The notes under the pieces: generated by a model
Databases searched by the model: none
What the model saw: only the letters and a program-made list of their open reading frames with translations
What the model was told of the DNA's origin: nothing
DNA from: Octopus vulgaris
Lineage: Eukaryota
Assembly: GCA_951406725.2 (NCBI GenBank)
Contig: OX597828.1
Coordinates: 39,060,001-39,124,000, forward strand
Direction: 5' to 3'
Length of the DNA stretch: 64,000 nucleotides
Translations under genes and position numbers: made by a program
Shown here: positions 36,837 through 50,446 of the stretch, piece after piece
How the letters are laid out: every line of letters starts with the position of its first letter
Position numbering within the stretch: the stretch's first letter is position 1

Positions 36837-37043
36837 CCCTTTAGTATTCATATTCCCCTGTCAATTGTAATGCTAATTTATTCACATTTTCTTGAAATAG
36901 TCATGCACTATCTCATAGCTTCAAAATTTTGATGATGTGATTGTTTATTTTTAGGGTAGGTGTAAGAGGCTGTATCTGGCCAGTTTGAACATAAAGCAGG
37001 CCAAATATTTGGGCTGGATATTGTTGGCTTAAATGCTAAAGGC
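36837..37043 (+). mobile_element. piggyBac-like TTAA MITE; second copy ~44922-45133
   Basis: (A)TAA-CCCTTTAGTATT..AATGCTAAAGGC-TTAA; interior is homologous to 44922-45133. Confidence 0.6.
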
Positions 37044-37585
37044 TTAACATTTTGGTGCTGCATTTTATAATATAATAAAAGGCTTTTCACCTTTCTATGG
37101 TTGATAAATAAGTACTTGTAATATACAGGTGTCAGTCCAGTAATTTATTCGTCTCCTCTCTTACAAGAAATTGGTTCCATGACAAAGTGGAGATGAAGGA
37201 AATTGTAAATACTGTCCATTGTTATTTATCACAGGTCAGTCTTGATTGAGTAGCTCTATATTCAAAAGTACTTTAGCAGCGATCATCTTGTCTTTTTGTT
37301 CAAGCATTGTGAATTGGAAACTATGATATCAAAAGGGTTCTTTTTTTTCCATAGATACTATAATGTTGTTTGAAATATCTTTCATCTTGTAGTTGTTTCA
37401 GTCATTTGACTGCAGCCATACTGGAGCACCGCCTTGAAGAATTTCAGTTGAACAAATCAACCCCAGTACCTTTTATTTTCAAGTCTGGTACTTATTATAT
37501 TGGTCTCTTTTTGCCAAACCACTTAGTTACAGAGATGTAAACACACAAACACTGGTTGTCAAAGTGTGGGTGGGACAAACACATA

Positions 37586-37621
<36 letters not shown>

Positions 37622-37776
37622 TACACATAAACACACATATGATTATATATATATATACATACAGCAAGCTTCTTTCAGTTTCCATCTACCAAATCCAAGT
37701 GTCAATTATAGTTTTCCTTTTTGGTAATACATTGCACACAGCTGTCTATGTTAATTGTATGTGAGTATGTGTATGT

Positions 37777-37818
<42 letters not shown>

Positions 37819-38076
37819 CTATTATGTGAAATTGCGAAGGTTTAAAAAATTTTTTTTTTTACAGAAAACGAAAAAATAGCTTCACCATTCTATAGCAAAA
37901 CCATTGTACTACACTTTGACAATTTTCATATCTTGGCGCCTGAAGCAGCTGGAGATACGGTAGTTTGACCAAAAGAACTGGTTATTGCAAGCGAAAATAA
38001 ATATTTAAAAAAATGCATTTGGCCAAATTTGACAGTTTAACATAATAGTAATGATATGTGTATATTTGTGTGTGTG

Positions 38077-38128
<52 letters not shown>

Positions 38129-38609
38129 CCACTTTCAGTGACTGGTCTGTCTGTGTTGGAACATCACTTTCAGGATTAGTAGATAAGATCTAAGCTAGTA
38201 CTTATTTTGTCAACTGTTAATTTACTCAACATAGATACAAAGCTAGTTTTAACTGACGTAAGCATAAACACAAACACCCTCCATGTATGTGTGTTTGTAT
38301 TCATGTACATACATAGCTTGTAATGCAGATAAACACAATTAGGATTGACATATATATATATATATGTGTATATACACACACACACACATACACATAAACA
38401 CATATCTACATATATACAGAAAGATAAACTCATATACACACGCACACATAATGTATGTATGAATTTATCTTTCTGGATGTATGTATCAGTCTTTTTCTCT
38501 GTGTGTGTGTGTGTGTGTGTGTGAAGCTTAATTGTGTTTATCTGCATTACTATCACCATAGCAGCTTGTCTTGGATTTCTCTTGTAGCCACTCTTGATGC
38601 CGTGGACAT

Positions 38610-38816
38610 ACTCTTTTACTTGTTTCAGTCATTTGACTGCGGCCATGCTGGAGCACCGCCTTTAGTCGAGCAAATCGACCCCGGGACTTATTCTTTGTAA
38701 GCCCAGTACTTATTCTATCGGTCTCTTTTGCTGAACCGCTAAGTGACGGGGACGTAAACACACCAGCATCGGTTGTCAAACAATGCTAGGGGGGACAAAC
38801 ACAGACACACAAACAC

Positions 38817-38857
<41 letters not shown>

Positions 38858-38976
38858 TACGACAGGCTTCTTTCAGTTTCCGTCTACCAAATCCACTCAC
38901 AAGGCATTGGTCGGCCCGGGGCTATAGCAGAAGACACTTGCCCAAGGTGCCACGCAGTGGGACTGAACCCGGAACT
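38610..38976 (-). mobile_element. Young family-A SINE, 5'-truncated
   Basis: Near-identical reverse complement of 43545-43908. Confidence 0.9.
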
Positions 38977-41014
38977 GGAGTTTAAAAGTTCAAATTCACT
39001 TGAGCACTACTACTATATGTTTTCCATACTGAGCACATCTAGTTCTCACCTATATAATGTATCTATGATGGGTTTACATAGGTTCCTTCTATCATTGTGT
39101 CTTGAGGAAGGAGCAGAGCTAAAGGCCTTTACAGGTCCCCTTGTCAGTCAGTCTATTTCTTTCTCTCTCTGTGTCCCTTTCTGTGTTTTTCTTCCCTCCC
39201 TTTATCTCCCATTTCTTGCTTTTTTCCTCTGCTCTTCCCCTCCCTCTTTTACCCCTTACCTTTTGCCTCCCACTTGCTGTTTCTTGGCTCTCTGTTCTTC
39301 CCTGCCTTTCTCACACACTATGCTTTATCTGTAATTGTCTGACACACACACACACACTCTCTCTCTCTCTCTCATATTCCTCTTCTTGTCTTCTCCCTCC
39401 CCACACACACTCCATTACTGTTTGACTATTCTATCCTGCTCCTACCTCTCCCACATTCCATGCCTTGCCCTAATCTACTCTGCTTTTACCCTGGCAGTAA
39501 TTACAGACAACTGATTGATAAGCACCTGCATATTTATCAGTCTGTAGATCTGGTAATTCCTGTTTCCTTGGCTCTGACCATATGCTGCTGCCTGCTTCTT
39601 ATTGATAGGATAATGATTGATTACCAACAGCCTGTTCAGAGTGGCTGGAGGGAGAGAGGAAGAGAAGGAGGGCAGTTTTTGTAAATACAACAGTTTTTAA
39701 CATTTTGGCCATCAAATCAAGTTGCAGGAAAGAAGCAGTTAAAAATACATTTAAATACTTTTAGATGTCTTTTTGTTTTGTGTTTTGATTTTGTTTTTGT
39801 TTTTCATTTTCTACGTTTGTTCATGTGTGTGTGTGTGTGTGTCTATCTGTGTCTGTATGTGTGTGTTGTTGCTTGGCCCCCAGGTCAAGCGTTGTCAAGC
39901 AAACCTTTTATGAAAAACATTCCTGCCATGACCATCCATCTTTAATACGTCAGTGGGGTAAAATTTGAGGGAGATTCTGCTGCTATTTTTAATAGGTTGA
40001 GCAACTGTGTAGACGCTTGAGTAGAGAATGTGGTGTACAACAGGCATTCAGGAGCAGAAGTATGGAAAAGAATACTTGAAATGTGGTTGATATACTTAGT
40101 TGTCAACACAGCATTGCTGAATGGCTAAGGAGTTCACTTTGCAATTAGCAAGGTCCTGGGTTCAATGCCACTGCACAGCATGACCCAAATTTTATTGGAA
40201 AGATGGAAACTGTGGAAGGCCATAGGATGGGGTGTAGATGTAATTCAAAGATCCAGCTTCTTTCTCTCTCTCCCCCCTCTCTTACTTTTTCTTTCTCCCC
40301 CCTCTCTCTCTCTTGCTTTTTCTTTCTCCCCCCTCTCTCTCTCTTGCTTTCTCTCTCTCTCTCTCACATTGTGCCATGCCAATTCTGCTTACAGATTACA
40401 TTAAGGGTACATGTGTCTGTGGAATACTCAAGCACTTACATGCTGGTTCAGTTGGAAAGTAGCTCAGTTGATCAAACAAGCATTTATCATCAACCTCCCA
40501 CATCTGATAGAAATCCATTTACGACCACCACCACTGTCACTGCTGTTACTACCACCACCACCAATACTACTACCACCATCACTATCCCCATCCCACTACT
40601 ACTACGACTATCACCACAACCATCCCCACTACCACTACTACCACCACTACTACTTGTAGTAGTCTTCACCAGTTTGCCTGGTTTAACACCACCATCTGGT
40701 TGGTCCTTGACCATTTTTATTAGAATTCACTCTGTTGCAGGTCTTCAGACCATGTTTCGAGGTCAGAGGAAAACTCAGTGTCAACATGGTAACATGTTGC
40801 TGCTTTTTTTACTTGCAGCAATTCCACTGTGGAGTCATAGTCTCTTTCTTCCTTCCTTCCTTCCCCACTCTCCTCTTCCTTCCCCTCAGTTGCCCACAAA
40901 CCCTTCAAAAGGGTCCTGGGTGAGGACGGCCCTCTCTCTTCTGACTTAGCTATAAAAAAATATTGTAAAACCTATACTATCACTGCGACCACCACCACCA
41001 CCACCACCACTACT

Positions 41015-41059
<45 letters not shown>

Positions 41060-41450
41060 TTGTGGCTCAACAGTCATCATTTATCACCAGGTCAAATTGT
41101 TGCAAGCTGACCCCCCTTCCCATCTCCAACCATGTGTGCCAGTATGGAGAATTAATGATATGTTTTAAAAAGTTGTTTTACACCCATTCAGTTTTTATTT
41201 TCAAGATACACAGATACATGTATACTCGTGTGTATGTGTGTGTGTCTGTGTGTTTATGCATGTACATTCATTACACATATGCATGCTAACAGTAAGTTTG
41301 TTGTAGTTGTTGTTTCATTCCGGGTCAACTCTGATGAGTAAACTCCTGATCAAAAGTTACCTCTTCCTCCATTCCAAACTGACAATTCCATTTTTCAGAT
41401 ATAGTTTTTTTTTTTCCAACATTGTTTTAAATTCATCATCATCATTTAAT

Positions 41451-41840
41451 TGGATTGGAAGCACTCCGTCGGTTACGACGACGAGGGTTCCGGTTGATCC
41501 GATCAACGGAACAGCCTGCTCGTGAAATTAACGTGTAAGTGGCTGAGCACTCCACAGATACGTGTACCCTTAACGTAGTTCTAGGGAATATTCAGCGTGA
41601 CACAGAGAGTGATAAGGCCGGCCCTTTGAAATACAAGTACAACAGAAACAGGAAGTAAGAGTGAGAGAAAGTTGTGGTGAAAGAGTACAGCAGGGATCAC
41701 CACCATCCCTGCCGGAGCCTCGTGGAGCTTTTAGGTGTTTTCGCTCAATAAACACTCACAATGCCCGGTCTGGGAATCGAAACCGCGATCCTATGACCGC
41801 GAATCCGCTGCCCTAACCACTGGGCCATTGCGCCTCCACA
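41451..41840 (-). mobile_element. Young family-B SINE
   Basis: Near-identical to the 46532 copy; 13-bp TSD ATCATCATTTAAT (41438-41450, 41841-41853); inserted in the (CAT)n tail of a family-D element. Confidence 0.9.
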
Positions 41841-42867
41841 ATCATCATTTAATATCCGCTTTCGATGCTGGCATTCATTGGATACTATTCCTAGCGCCAA
41901 CCACTCCAAGAGTGTAATATGTTGCTTTTACATGCCACTGGCACAGGTGCTGGTTACATGACACCCAATATTATATTTGGATTCAAATACCACCACTAAG
42001 ATCAATTTTGCTTTTCATCTTTTTAGGTAGATAAGATAAAGTACCAGTCAAGTACTGGGGATGATTTAATTGACTTCCTCTCCATTTAAAATTGCTACCC
42101 TTGTGCCAAAATTTGAAATATTATACTATATTGTATTATGTTATATCATAAGGTGGCAAGCTGGTAGAATCATTAGTTTCTTCCAGTTTCCATCTACCAA
42201 ATCCACTAACAAGGCTTTCGTCAGATCAAGGCTATAGTAGAAGATGCTTGCTCAAGGTGCCATGCAGTGGGACTGAACCCAGAACCATGTGGTTGGGAAG
42301 CAAACTTCTTACCACACGGCCACGCCTCCACCAAAATAAAAAAATAGAGGAAATAATTGTCTTAGCTGCCTGCACTGTGATTGAATATTTCAATGTGGAA
42401 TGTTTAATGAAAAGATAGAATGTATATGGTAGAGAATAGCTGTGTATGATAGGGCACAAGGGAGATTCTGCTGTTATTTCTAGCAGGTTGGCTGAACATA
42501 TAGAGGATCCTTCATTGGCTTGTACAGGCAAGGTATATATTAATGTCTATGTGGTTAATTCACAAAACGTCTGTAGAGAAACCAGAACTTGACCTCCCTT
42601 GAGCTTAGCTGCATATATTTTATCACTTTGCACACTGGTGACAGCCTTTTTGACTTCTTCATATCTGTCAACATCTCTACTCCTGCTCCCAGTGTGTGTT
42701 TACAAACTGCCTTCCCATTGCTTTGTGTGGGGATGGAGGCAGGGTTGATGGTTGATTTCCACCATCACCATCACAACTATTGAATTTGATTTTTCATTGC
42801 CATTACTACTGCTTCTCCTCTGCCTACTACTACTACTACTACCACCACCACCACTACTACTACTACT

Positions 42868-43036
42868 ACTACCACCACCACCCACTGTCACACCACTAAC
42901 AACCACCCACACTTAAATGCTCCCTTCCCTTCCTTACACTACTACCACTACTACTACTACTACTACCACCACCACTGTCACACCACTAACAACCACCCAC
43001 ACTTAAATGCTCCCTTCCCTTCCTTACACTACTACT
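42868..43036 (+). repeat. Local 90-bp tandem duplication in a (CAC/CTA)n tract
   Basis: CACTGTCACACCACTAACAACCACCCACACTTAAATGCTCCCTTCCCTTCCTTACACTACTA at 42883 and 42973. Confidence 0.9.
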
Positions 43037-43500
43037 ATTACAACAATTACTATTTTGGGAGAGCTTCCACAGTTGCTTCAATATGTAAATTTGATATAGA
43101 ATATATATTATAGGTGCAGGAGTGGCTGTCTGGTAAGAAACTTGCTTCCCAACATCATGGTGCTGGATTCAGTCCCCTTGGGCAAGTGTTTTCTACTATA
43201 GCTTTGGGCTGACCAAAGCCTTGTGTGTAGATTTGATAGACGGAAACTTAAAGAAGCCTGTCATATATACATATGTATATATGTGTGTATATTATCTGTG
43301 TGTATTTTTGTATCTGGTGTTTGCCCTCCACCACTTCTTGAAAATCAGTGTTGGTGTGTTTACATCCCTGTAACTTAGCAGTTAGACAAAAGATACTGAT
43401 AGAATAAGTACCAGGGTCAATTCGATTAACTAAAATCCTTGGCTGCAATCTAATGGCTAAAACTAGTAAAAGAAAGAAAAAAAACAACAAAAGAATATAT

Positions 43501-43910
43501 AGGCGCAGGAGTGGCTGTGTGGTAAGTAGCTTGCTAACCAACCACATGGTTCCGGGTTCAGTCCCACTGCGTGGCATCTTGGGCAAGTGTCTTCTGCTAT
43601 AGCCCCGGGCCGACCAATGCCTTGTGAGTGGATTTGGTAGACGGATACTGAAAGAAGCCTGTCGTATATATGTATATATATATATATATGTATGTGTGTG
43701 TATGTGTTTGTGTGTCTGTGTTTGTCCCCCTAGCATTGCTTGACAACCGGTGCTGGTGTGTTTACGTCCCCGTCACTTAGCGGTTCGGCAAAAGTGACCG
43801 ATAGAATAAGTACTGGGCTTACAAAGAATAAGTCCCGGGTTCGATTTGCTCGACTAAAGGCGGTGCTCCAGCATGGCCGCAGTCAAAATGACTGAAACAA
43901 GTAAAAGAAT
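43501..43910 (+). mobile_element. Young full-length tRNA-derived SINE, family A, with internal (TA)n(TG)n
   Basis: tRNA-like head with A box TGGCTGTGTGG and B box GGTTCAGTCCC; CpGs retained; 12-bp direct repeat AAAAGAATATAT (43489-43500, 43903-43914). Sits in the tail of an older copy at 43110-43475, ~80 bp upstream of the exon acceptor. Confidence 0.9.
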
Positions 43911-43994
43911 ATATGTCTGATACTGCTGTTTGTCTTCTTTTTCTTCTTTATTTGTATATTTTCCTCATTTTCGTCTTGTGTTTTTTCTTCTCAG

Positions 43995-44087
43995 ATATGT
44001 TAATGGTCATGCAAGGAAGCACCAAGAAGAAGACAATGCACGTGCACATTCAGTATGCATGGACTGTGATAGTTATTCGGCCTTTTG
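43995..44087 (+). CDS. USP3: Coding exon (93 nt, phase 2 to 2) of USP3-like gene, second half of ZnF-UBP; equivalent to vertebrate exon 3
   Basis: ttttttcttctcag acceptor and TG|gtaagt donor. In frame with exon 8572-8632 it gives (R)YVNGHARKHQEEDNARAHSVCMDCDSYSAF(C); compare USP3 YVNGHAKKH..HTVCMDCSSYSTYC. Confidence 0.92.
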
Positions 44088-46531
44088 GTAAGTGCACTAA
44101 TCTTATACATCTTTCGTGATGGTATTTAATTTTGTTTTCACTTTTATTTTAGAATATTATTATTTTATCTTTTTTACTGGTTTCAGTCCATGGACTGTGG
44201 CCATCCTGGGGTACTGCTTCAAAGGTTTGTGGTCAATTGTATAAATTCCAATTCTTTGTCTGGTAGTTATTTCATTGTTCTTGTAAGATACTGTAATATG
44301 GGGAACTGCAATATGAGGAACAAAGTGCGATTCACTTTCCTCTCTGGTTACCCTTTGGTGTCAACTGTCCAACTGGGTTAAATCCAAGAAGCACCCTATT
44401 CATCCAACTTGTTGCTGGGACCTATGGCAATAAAGAAATAAGGATACAAAGTATCAACCCAACCACTTAGCTCATTGTTCAATATTCTGTAGACACAACC
44501 ATCTGCTCCCTCAACGGGCTCAGACAAGGCATCTGGAATACAACTAATAATGTGTGTGTGTGTGTGAATGTGTTTATATGGCAGTTGATTTATTTTCCAT
44601 TGTCACATTCAATTGCATGCAATTCATGTGTCTTCCACTTTGAACCAATGAGAGTCAAATGTATACATGTTAGTTCTAGAAAATTCCTGTACCAATGACT
44701 CTATAAGAAACTGAATTTGGTGCTTTGTTTCAGAGAGAGTTGTTATTGCATTATTTCTTTATTGCCCACAAGGGGTTAAACATAGAGGGGACAAACAAGG
44801 ACAGACAAAGGGATTAAGTCGATTACATTGACCCCCAGTAACGCAACTGGTACTTAATTTATGATACTTTGTATCCTGTACCTGATTATGATTAGTATGT
44901 CCTTGACCAGCAGACATTATACTCATTAGTATTCAAATTATTGTCAATGCATGTTTATTCAAATTGTTTTGAATTAATCATGCATTATTTCATAGCTTCA
45001 AGATTTTGTTAATATGATTGTTTACTTTTTAGAATGACATTGTGGGGTAGGTACCAAAGGCTAGAAATGACCGGTTTAAATATAAAACAAGTAGAATATT
45101 TGAGCTGCATATGGCTAGTTTAAATGCTAAAGCATTAATTCCCTGCGTCTAATTCTATGTAGTGTGAAGTGTTTCTGTAGTTTAATCCCCAATCACATTT
45201 GATTGAGCAGAAGAGTGAGGAAAAGCAGACGTTCTAGTGGTGACCATTGCATCTGCCATTCTGGTATATGTCTTGGTTTGATTTATTTAATGTGTCCTCC
45301 TCTTTCTTTTCTTTTTTTAAGATGATAGGGTGTGGTTTGAAGGAGATTTTAGCTGCTGTTTCTACTAAGTTGAACAACTACATTGAGACTACTTTTTTAA
45401 TCATAAGCTGTTGTTGTTTAGTCCCAATTCAACTCTGATTGACCAAACTAATGGTCAGCAGTGCTCTACCCCTGACCATCCATTCTTTTTGTACACCTAG
45501 AACTACATTGTCTAATGTGTCTTTTAAAAAAATGGTAGCATGTGATTTGAAGGAAGTTTGGCTGCTACTTTTAGCATGTTGAGCGACTACATAATGGCTT
45601 CCTCATTGACTTGATTGGTTCTAAATAAGTACCATGGGTGGGAGAGTTTACAGCTGTAAAGAATTGGGAGCACTAAAGAGTAGATGAATAATCCATTGGC
45701 TTCCACTGTTGAGTTCATTTCTTCTTGTGAGGTGTGTGTGTGTGTTGTGGGGTGGGATCTCTTTTTTATAGTACAGCTGACTATCTTGAAGGAATTTGTT
45801 TCTCATGTTTAATGCCACAAAAATCAAGAAATGAATAAGGTGGTTCCTTAGATCATTGTGATTTAGAAAAAAGAATTAAAGAATTAGGATTCTTCAAACA
45901 CATGTTGTTTCCCTAGTGGTCACAGCTATTATGAGGGAGATAATCATTTCTTCATGATATTTGGCCCAGTTAGAATTTTGAATTTGCAATTAAGAAATTA
46001 TAAGGAAAAACTTACATAGAATTTACATACCATTTATAGTTTTTTTCTTTACTTATGAAGTTCTTAAAATTTCTAGCCAGATGTAATCACATACAGCACT
46101 ATTTCATTCTTTTTTAGAAATCATCAGCATAATGTAGCCCACGACATGTTATTTAAACACTTTATGAAGTGAGACATTTTATTAAAAGATGGAAATTATT
46201 ACAGTCTAGAGGAAACCCATAGGATGTGTTTTTTTTAATTCTATTTCTCTTTTTTTCATCATAGAACATTAGTAGTTTAGGAATCAAGCTTGTGATACAA
46301 TTTTATTATATTCCTAATCTCTCACTCTCTACTGCTAACAGTAAGCTGTATCTCCTGCCTGCTGCTTGTTTACAGCCATGTAAACTGAAACTGAAACCAT
46401 TGGTCCTTTCATTATCATATTTCTGTTGCTTTGGTTATGAAAACAATGAAGAATTCAGTAAAACCGCTGTCATTATGAAACTGGTGTTTGGTTATTAATT
46501 AACGTAAAATTTTGGTGGACAATTTTAATTT

Positions 46532-46923
46532 GATGGATGGAAGCACTCCGTCGGTTACGACGACGAGGGTTCCGGTTGATCCGAATCAACGGAACAGCCT
46601 GCTCGTGAAATTAACATGTAAGTGGCTGAGCACTCCACAGACACTTGCACCCTTAACGTAGTTCTCGGGGATATTCAGCGTGACACAGAGAGTGACAAGG
46701 CCAGCCCCTTGAAATACAGGTACAACAGAAACAGGAAGTAAGAGTGAGAGAAAGTTGTGGTGAAAGAGTACAGCAGGGATCACCACCATCCCCTGCCGGA
46801 GCATCGTGGAGCTTTTAGGTGTTTTCGCTCAATAAACACTCACAACGCCCGGTCTGGGAATCGAAACCGCGATCCTATGACCGCGAGTCCGCTGCCCTAA
46901 CCACTGGGCCATTGCGCCTCCAC
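46532..46923 (-). mobile_element. Young tRNA(Arg-like)-derived SINE, family B
   Basis: Head GTGGAGGCGCAATGGCCCAGTGGTTAGGGCAGCGGACTCGCGG..GTTTCGATTCCC; perfect 13-bp TSD ACAATTTTAATTT (46519-46531, 46924-46936). Inserted in an older TTAA-type element ending at ~47012. Confidence 0.9.
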
Positions 46924-47603
46924 ACAATTTTAATTTAGATCACTTTGAAATGAGAAGCTTGTGTCACAGAACCAGGGACAGTCTCAGGTCGGTTTGGGAT
47001 CAAAAGGGTTAAGAATCAAGTTGGATAGGCCTCAAACTCATAACACTGTTAATGACTACTGGTAATATTTGAAGCATTCCACTTTATCAACCCTGCTAGT
47101 TATAACTCACTTCTTTTATTTATTATTTTAATGATTTCAGCCGTTTGGAATATGGTCAAACTGGATGAAGCAGCCAGCATATTATTGTCTTCATTTTATT
47201 TTATTATTTTATTTTATTTTTTATTTATTTATTATATTTATTTATTTTACAATTTTTTATTTATTACTAAAAAAGAAAATTAAACACTTCTACTGCTTCA
47301 TTATAGGAGTCTGAAAAAGAGATTTGCACAAAATTATAATGAGTTTCCTTTTGCAGTACATGTACTAAATTTAGAAAGATATAAAGATATAATTAATTTA
47401 AAATAAACTGTGGAAATCATGAATAATTAGTTCAGCTGTAAAGATTCCAAGTTCTATTAAAATTCCAATTATTTATCTGTTTAATTTTAAAATACTTTGA
47501 AATATTTCTGCATGCATATGTATGTGCACGTGTGTGTGTGTGTATGTGCGGCTGCATGTGTGTGTGTGTAGTGTGTTTGTTCCCCCTCCACTGCTTGGAC
47601 AAC

Positions 47604-48048
47604 CAGGGCTGTGGAGTTGTAACAAAAAACTTCGACTCCGACTCCTCTACTATTGGCACCTCTGACACCAACTCCTCTATGTGATTAAGTGATAGTGATC
47701 TATTTTACCGACTCCAACTCCAACTACCCCTTAATTGTTTCCAACACCAACTCTGACTCCATGACTCCAACTCTGACCACCCCTTAATTGTTTCCAACAC
47801 CGACTCTGACTCCACGACTCCAACTCCAACTACCCCTTATTTGTTTCCAACACCGACTCTGACTCCACGACTCCAACTCCGACTACCCCTTAATTGTTTC
47901 CAACACCGACTCTGACTCTACGACTCCAACTCCGACTACCCCTTAATTGTTTCCAACACCGACTCTGACTCCACGACTCCAACTCCGACTACCCCTTAAT
48001 TGTTTCCAACACCGACTCTGACTCCACGACTCCAACTCCGCAGCCCTG
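47604..48048. mobile_element. hAT-like MITE carrying an internal 53-bp tandem array, inserted into a family-A SINE
   Basis: TIRs CAGGGCTGTGGAGT / ACTCCGCAGCCCTG. Flanks TGGACAAC / TTAACAAC duplicate the SINE's TTGACAAC site (8-bp TSD). Confidence 0.8.
47708..48040 (+). repeat. Minisatellite, 53-bp unit, ~6.3 copies
   Basis: CCCCTTAATTGTTTCCAACACC core recurs at 47727, 47780, 47833, 47886, 47939 and 47992 (period 53). Confidence 0.95.
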
Positions 48049-50413
48049 TTAACAACCATTGTTGATTTGACTACATCCCCATAACTTAGCATTTCAGCAA
48101 GAGAGACCTATAAAATAAGTTCCAGGTTTAAAAAAAAAACAAGTCCTGGTGTTGATTTGTTTGACTAAAAAAACCCTTCAAGGCAGTGCCCTAGCATGGC
48201 TGTTGTCCAGTACAAGTGAAAGATGAAAAAGATACACATTTGCTCTTCTTCCTACAAGAATTCTTCCACTGTCATTACAAGGGGCTAATTTTTTTTTTTT
48301 AACTCAGTAGTCTTAACATTCATTCACATGACATGTCTATACTCATACAGCTGGTCTCTCGTACATATATTGACTGATATTGTTAATAATCAGTGGCTTG
48401 AGCAGCTTTGTACTCCAAACATTGAAAAAAAAAGTGCGTGGTCAACATTTTAAAGATGGTGGGAAAGTTGTTGAGAATATTTGGCTTGGTATTCAACTGG
48501 TCAAACAACTTTGAAACTGTCATTAACTCAAAAATAATAGCAGTTGTAGTTGATTGAGTAGACTTCTAATTAAAAGCATACTAACTGCAACCATCCTGTA
48601 TTTTTTTTATTTTTTTTATTATATTGGACGATTAGTTATTTCTAGTAGATTGGAATGCACTTGTAGAGACTCCCTCATTACTTCAAATAGTACCATAATA
48701 TAATATACTCGAATCCTTTCACTATATTCTCAAAATAAAAATCATTCACTCATTTTAGAAGTACCTATGACTGTTATATCTAGTATCTCCTCTATTTAAA
48801 ATAACTGTATTTGAGGAAGATTTGGCTGTTATTTCTAGTACTTGAAGTGACCACATCAGGGTGATCCTCATCAGCCAAGCATACGTATTGTTCTTTAGCA
48901 CCTGGTTATCTCTGACCCCAGCAGGCCTGTGAACAAAGGTATTCTAGTTTTGACCTGGTGTAAATCCATCCAGTCATCCATCAGAAGAGTTGTCTTTTAT
49001 TTCTAGCAAATTAAGTTATTTTTTTTCACTTAAACTATATAACTTTCTGAAGGTTTTAGGCTTTTTTAATTTTTTTTTTTTTTTTTTTGGTTTTGTTTTT
49101 AAGGAATCTGTACTTACTCCCTTAATTTCTTACGTTCTTTTACTTTCTTTTTCGGTTATGCAAAATTATAACATTTTTTTCTTCTTTAAAATTGAAACAT
49201 GCTATCTCTACTCCTACTGCTGCTGCTACTACTACTACTTCTAATTTTGGCACAAGGCCAGGAATATTTTAGGGGAAGGGATAAGTCTATTACCTCAAGC
49301 CAGTGTTCAACTGGTGCTTATTTTATCAACCCCCAAAAGGATAAAAGGCCAAGTTAGCCTCAGCAGAGTTTGAACTCAGAACGTAAAGACATGAAATATT
49401 GCAGAGCATTTTGTTCCACATGCTAACGCTTCAGCTTCTAGCTTTACTCGTTTTTAGATCTACATTTAGCTTTACATTCCATTTATAAAACTCTTCCCTA
49501 TTTTTATCATGTAAATGAATCCAAATCCCGATAGCACTTAAAACCTAAAGTTATATAAAATTTCATTCCTTTCCCATCAATTCTTCCTTTCCTTTTACCC
49601 TCTTCCCTCCTCTCCTCTTTTCCATTGGTTTCCTTCTTCCTTTCTATCTCATTCACTCTAACAACCCTTCCCTTTTACTAATACATTTTTCTGTACCTGT
49701 TTTCAAATAAATATGTTTAATTTGATAATAGTTTTATAAATATTTTAATCCATAAATTCACTCCTTGCTCCCTTTTCTGTTGTATATTATTTTTGCTGTA
49801 TTTGGGAATCCACTAGATTTTAATGACCTTTATTATGATCCTAAGATTATTATCTCATTCTTGATTATTTTTTTAAAATTTTTTCCCCCCAGTTTGTTAC
49901 TTTAGTGTTTATCTTCACTTAATTATAATCCTAACCAGTTTGTTTTTTATTAAAGGTTTTATTTCCGTGCTTAAACTTTCTGTTGATTATGTAACAGCTT
50001 AAGTTTTATGTACAACTTTTGTGTGGATAAGACTTACTTTATCTTTTATTTTTTACTTACTTCAGTCATTAGACTGTGGCCATGCTGGAGCACCACCTTC
50101 AAGAAATTTTAGTTGGATGAATCGATCCCAGTACTTTTTTTTTTGTCTAATACTTATTCTGTCAGTCTCTATTGCCAAATTACTAAGTTACAGTTATGTA
50201 AACCCACCAGTACCAGTTGTCAAGCAGAGGACAAACGCACACACACACACATACATGTCAGGCTTCTTTTGGTTTCCGTCTCCCAAATCTTCTCATAAGG
50301 CCTTGGTTGGCCCACTACTTTAGTGGAAGACACTTGCCCAATGTGCCATAAAGTGGGACTGAACCCTAGTTGGGAAGCAAACATTTTACTACACAGCCAT
50401 GCTTGAGTATGTG

Positions 50414-50444
<31 letters not shown>

Positions 50445-50446
50445 AG

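Larger units (their letters stand above)
8633..43994 (+). other. 35,362-bp GT-AG intron of the USP3-like gene
   Basis: GT at 8633 and AG at 43993-43994; flanking exon phases are compatible and the domain sequence is continuous across the junction. Confidence 0.85.

Noticed and set aside
38783-39334. 183-aa ORF and similar ORFs such as 43248-43736
   Set aside because: Chance frames through family-A SINEs and pyrimidine tracts.
40203-40949. 248-aa ORF
   Set aside because: Built from CT-rich and (CAC/CTA)n tracts plus a SINE tail fragment; no domain signal.
43502-43580. tRNA-like sequences at SINE heads (also 36085, 46850, 2126)
   Set aside because: They continue directly into SINE bodies with TSDs and lack clean cloverleaf ends; they are not tRNA genes.
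47708-48040. Regularly spaced repeats resembling a CRISPR array
   Set aside because: Units are contiguous with no unique spacers, lie inside a TIR/TSD-bounded MITE in eukaryotic DNA, and no cas genes are present.
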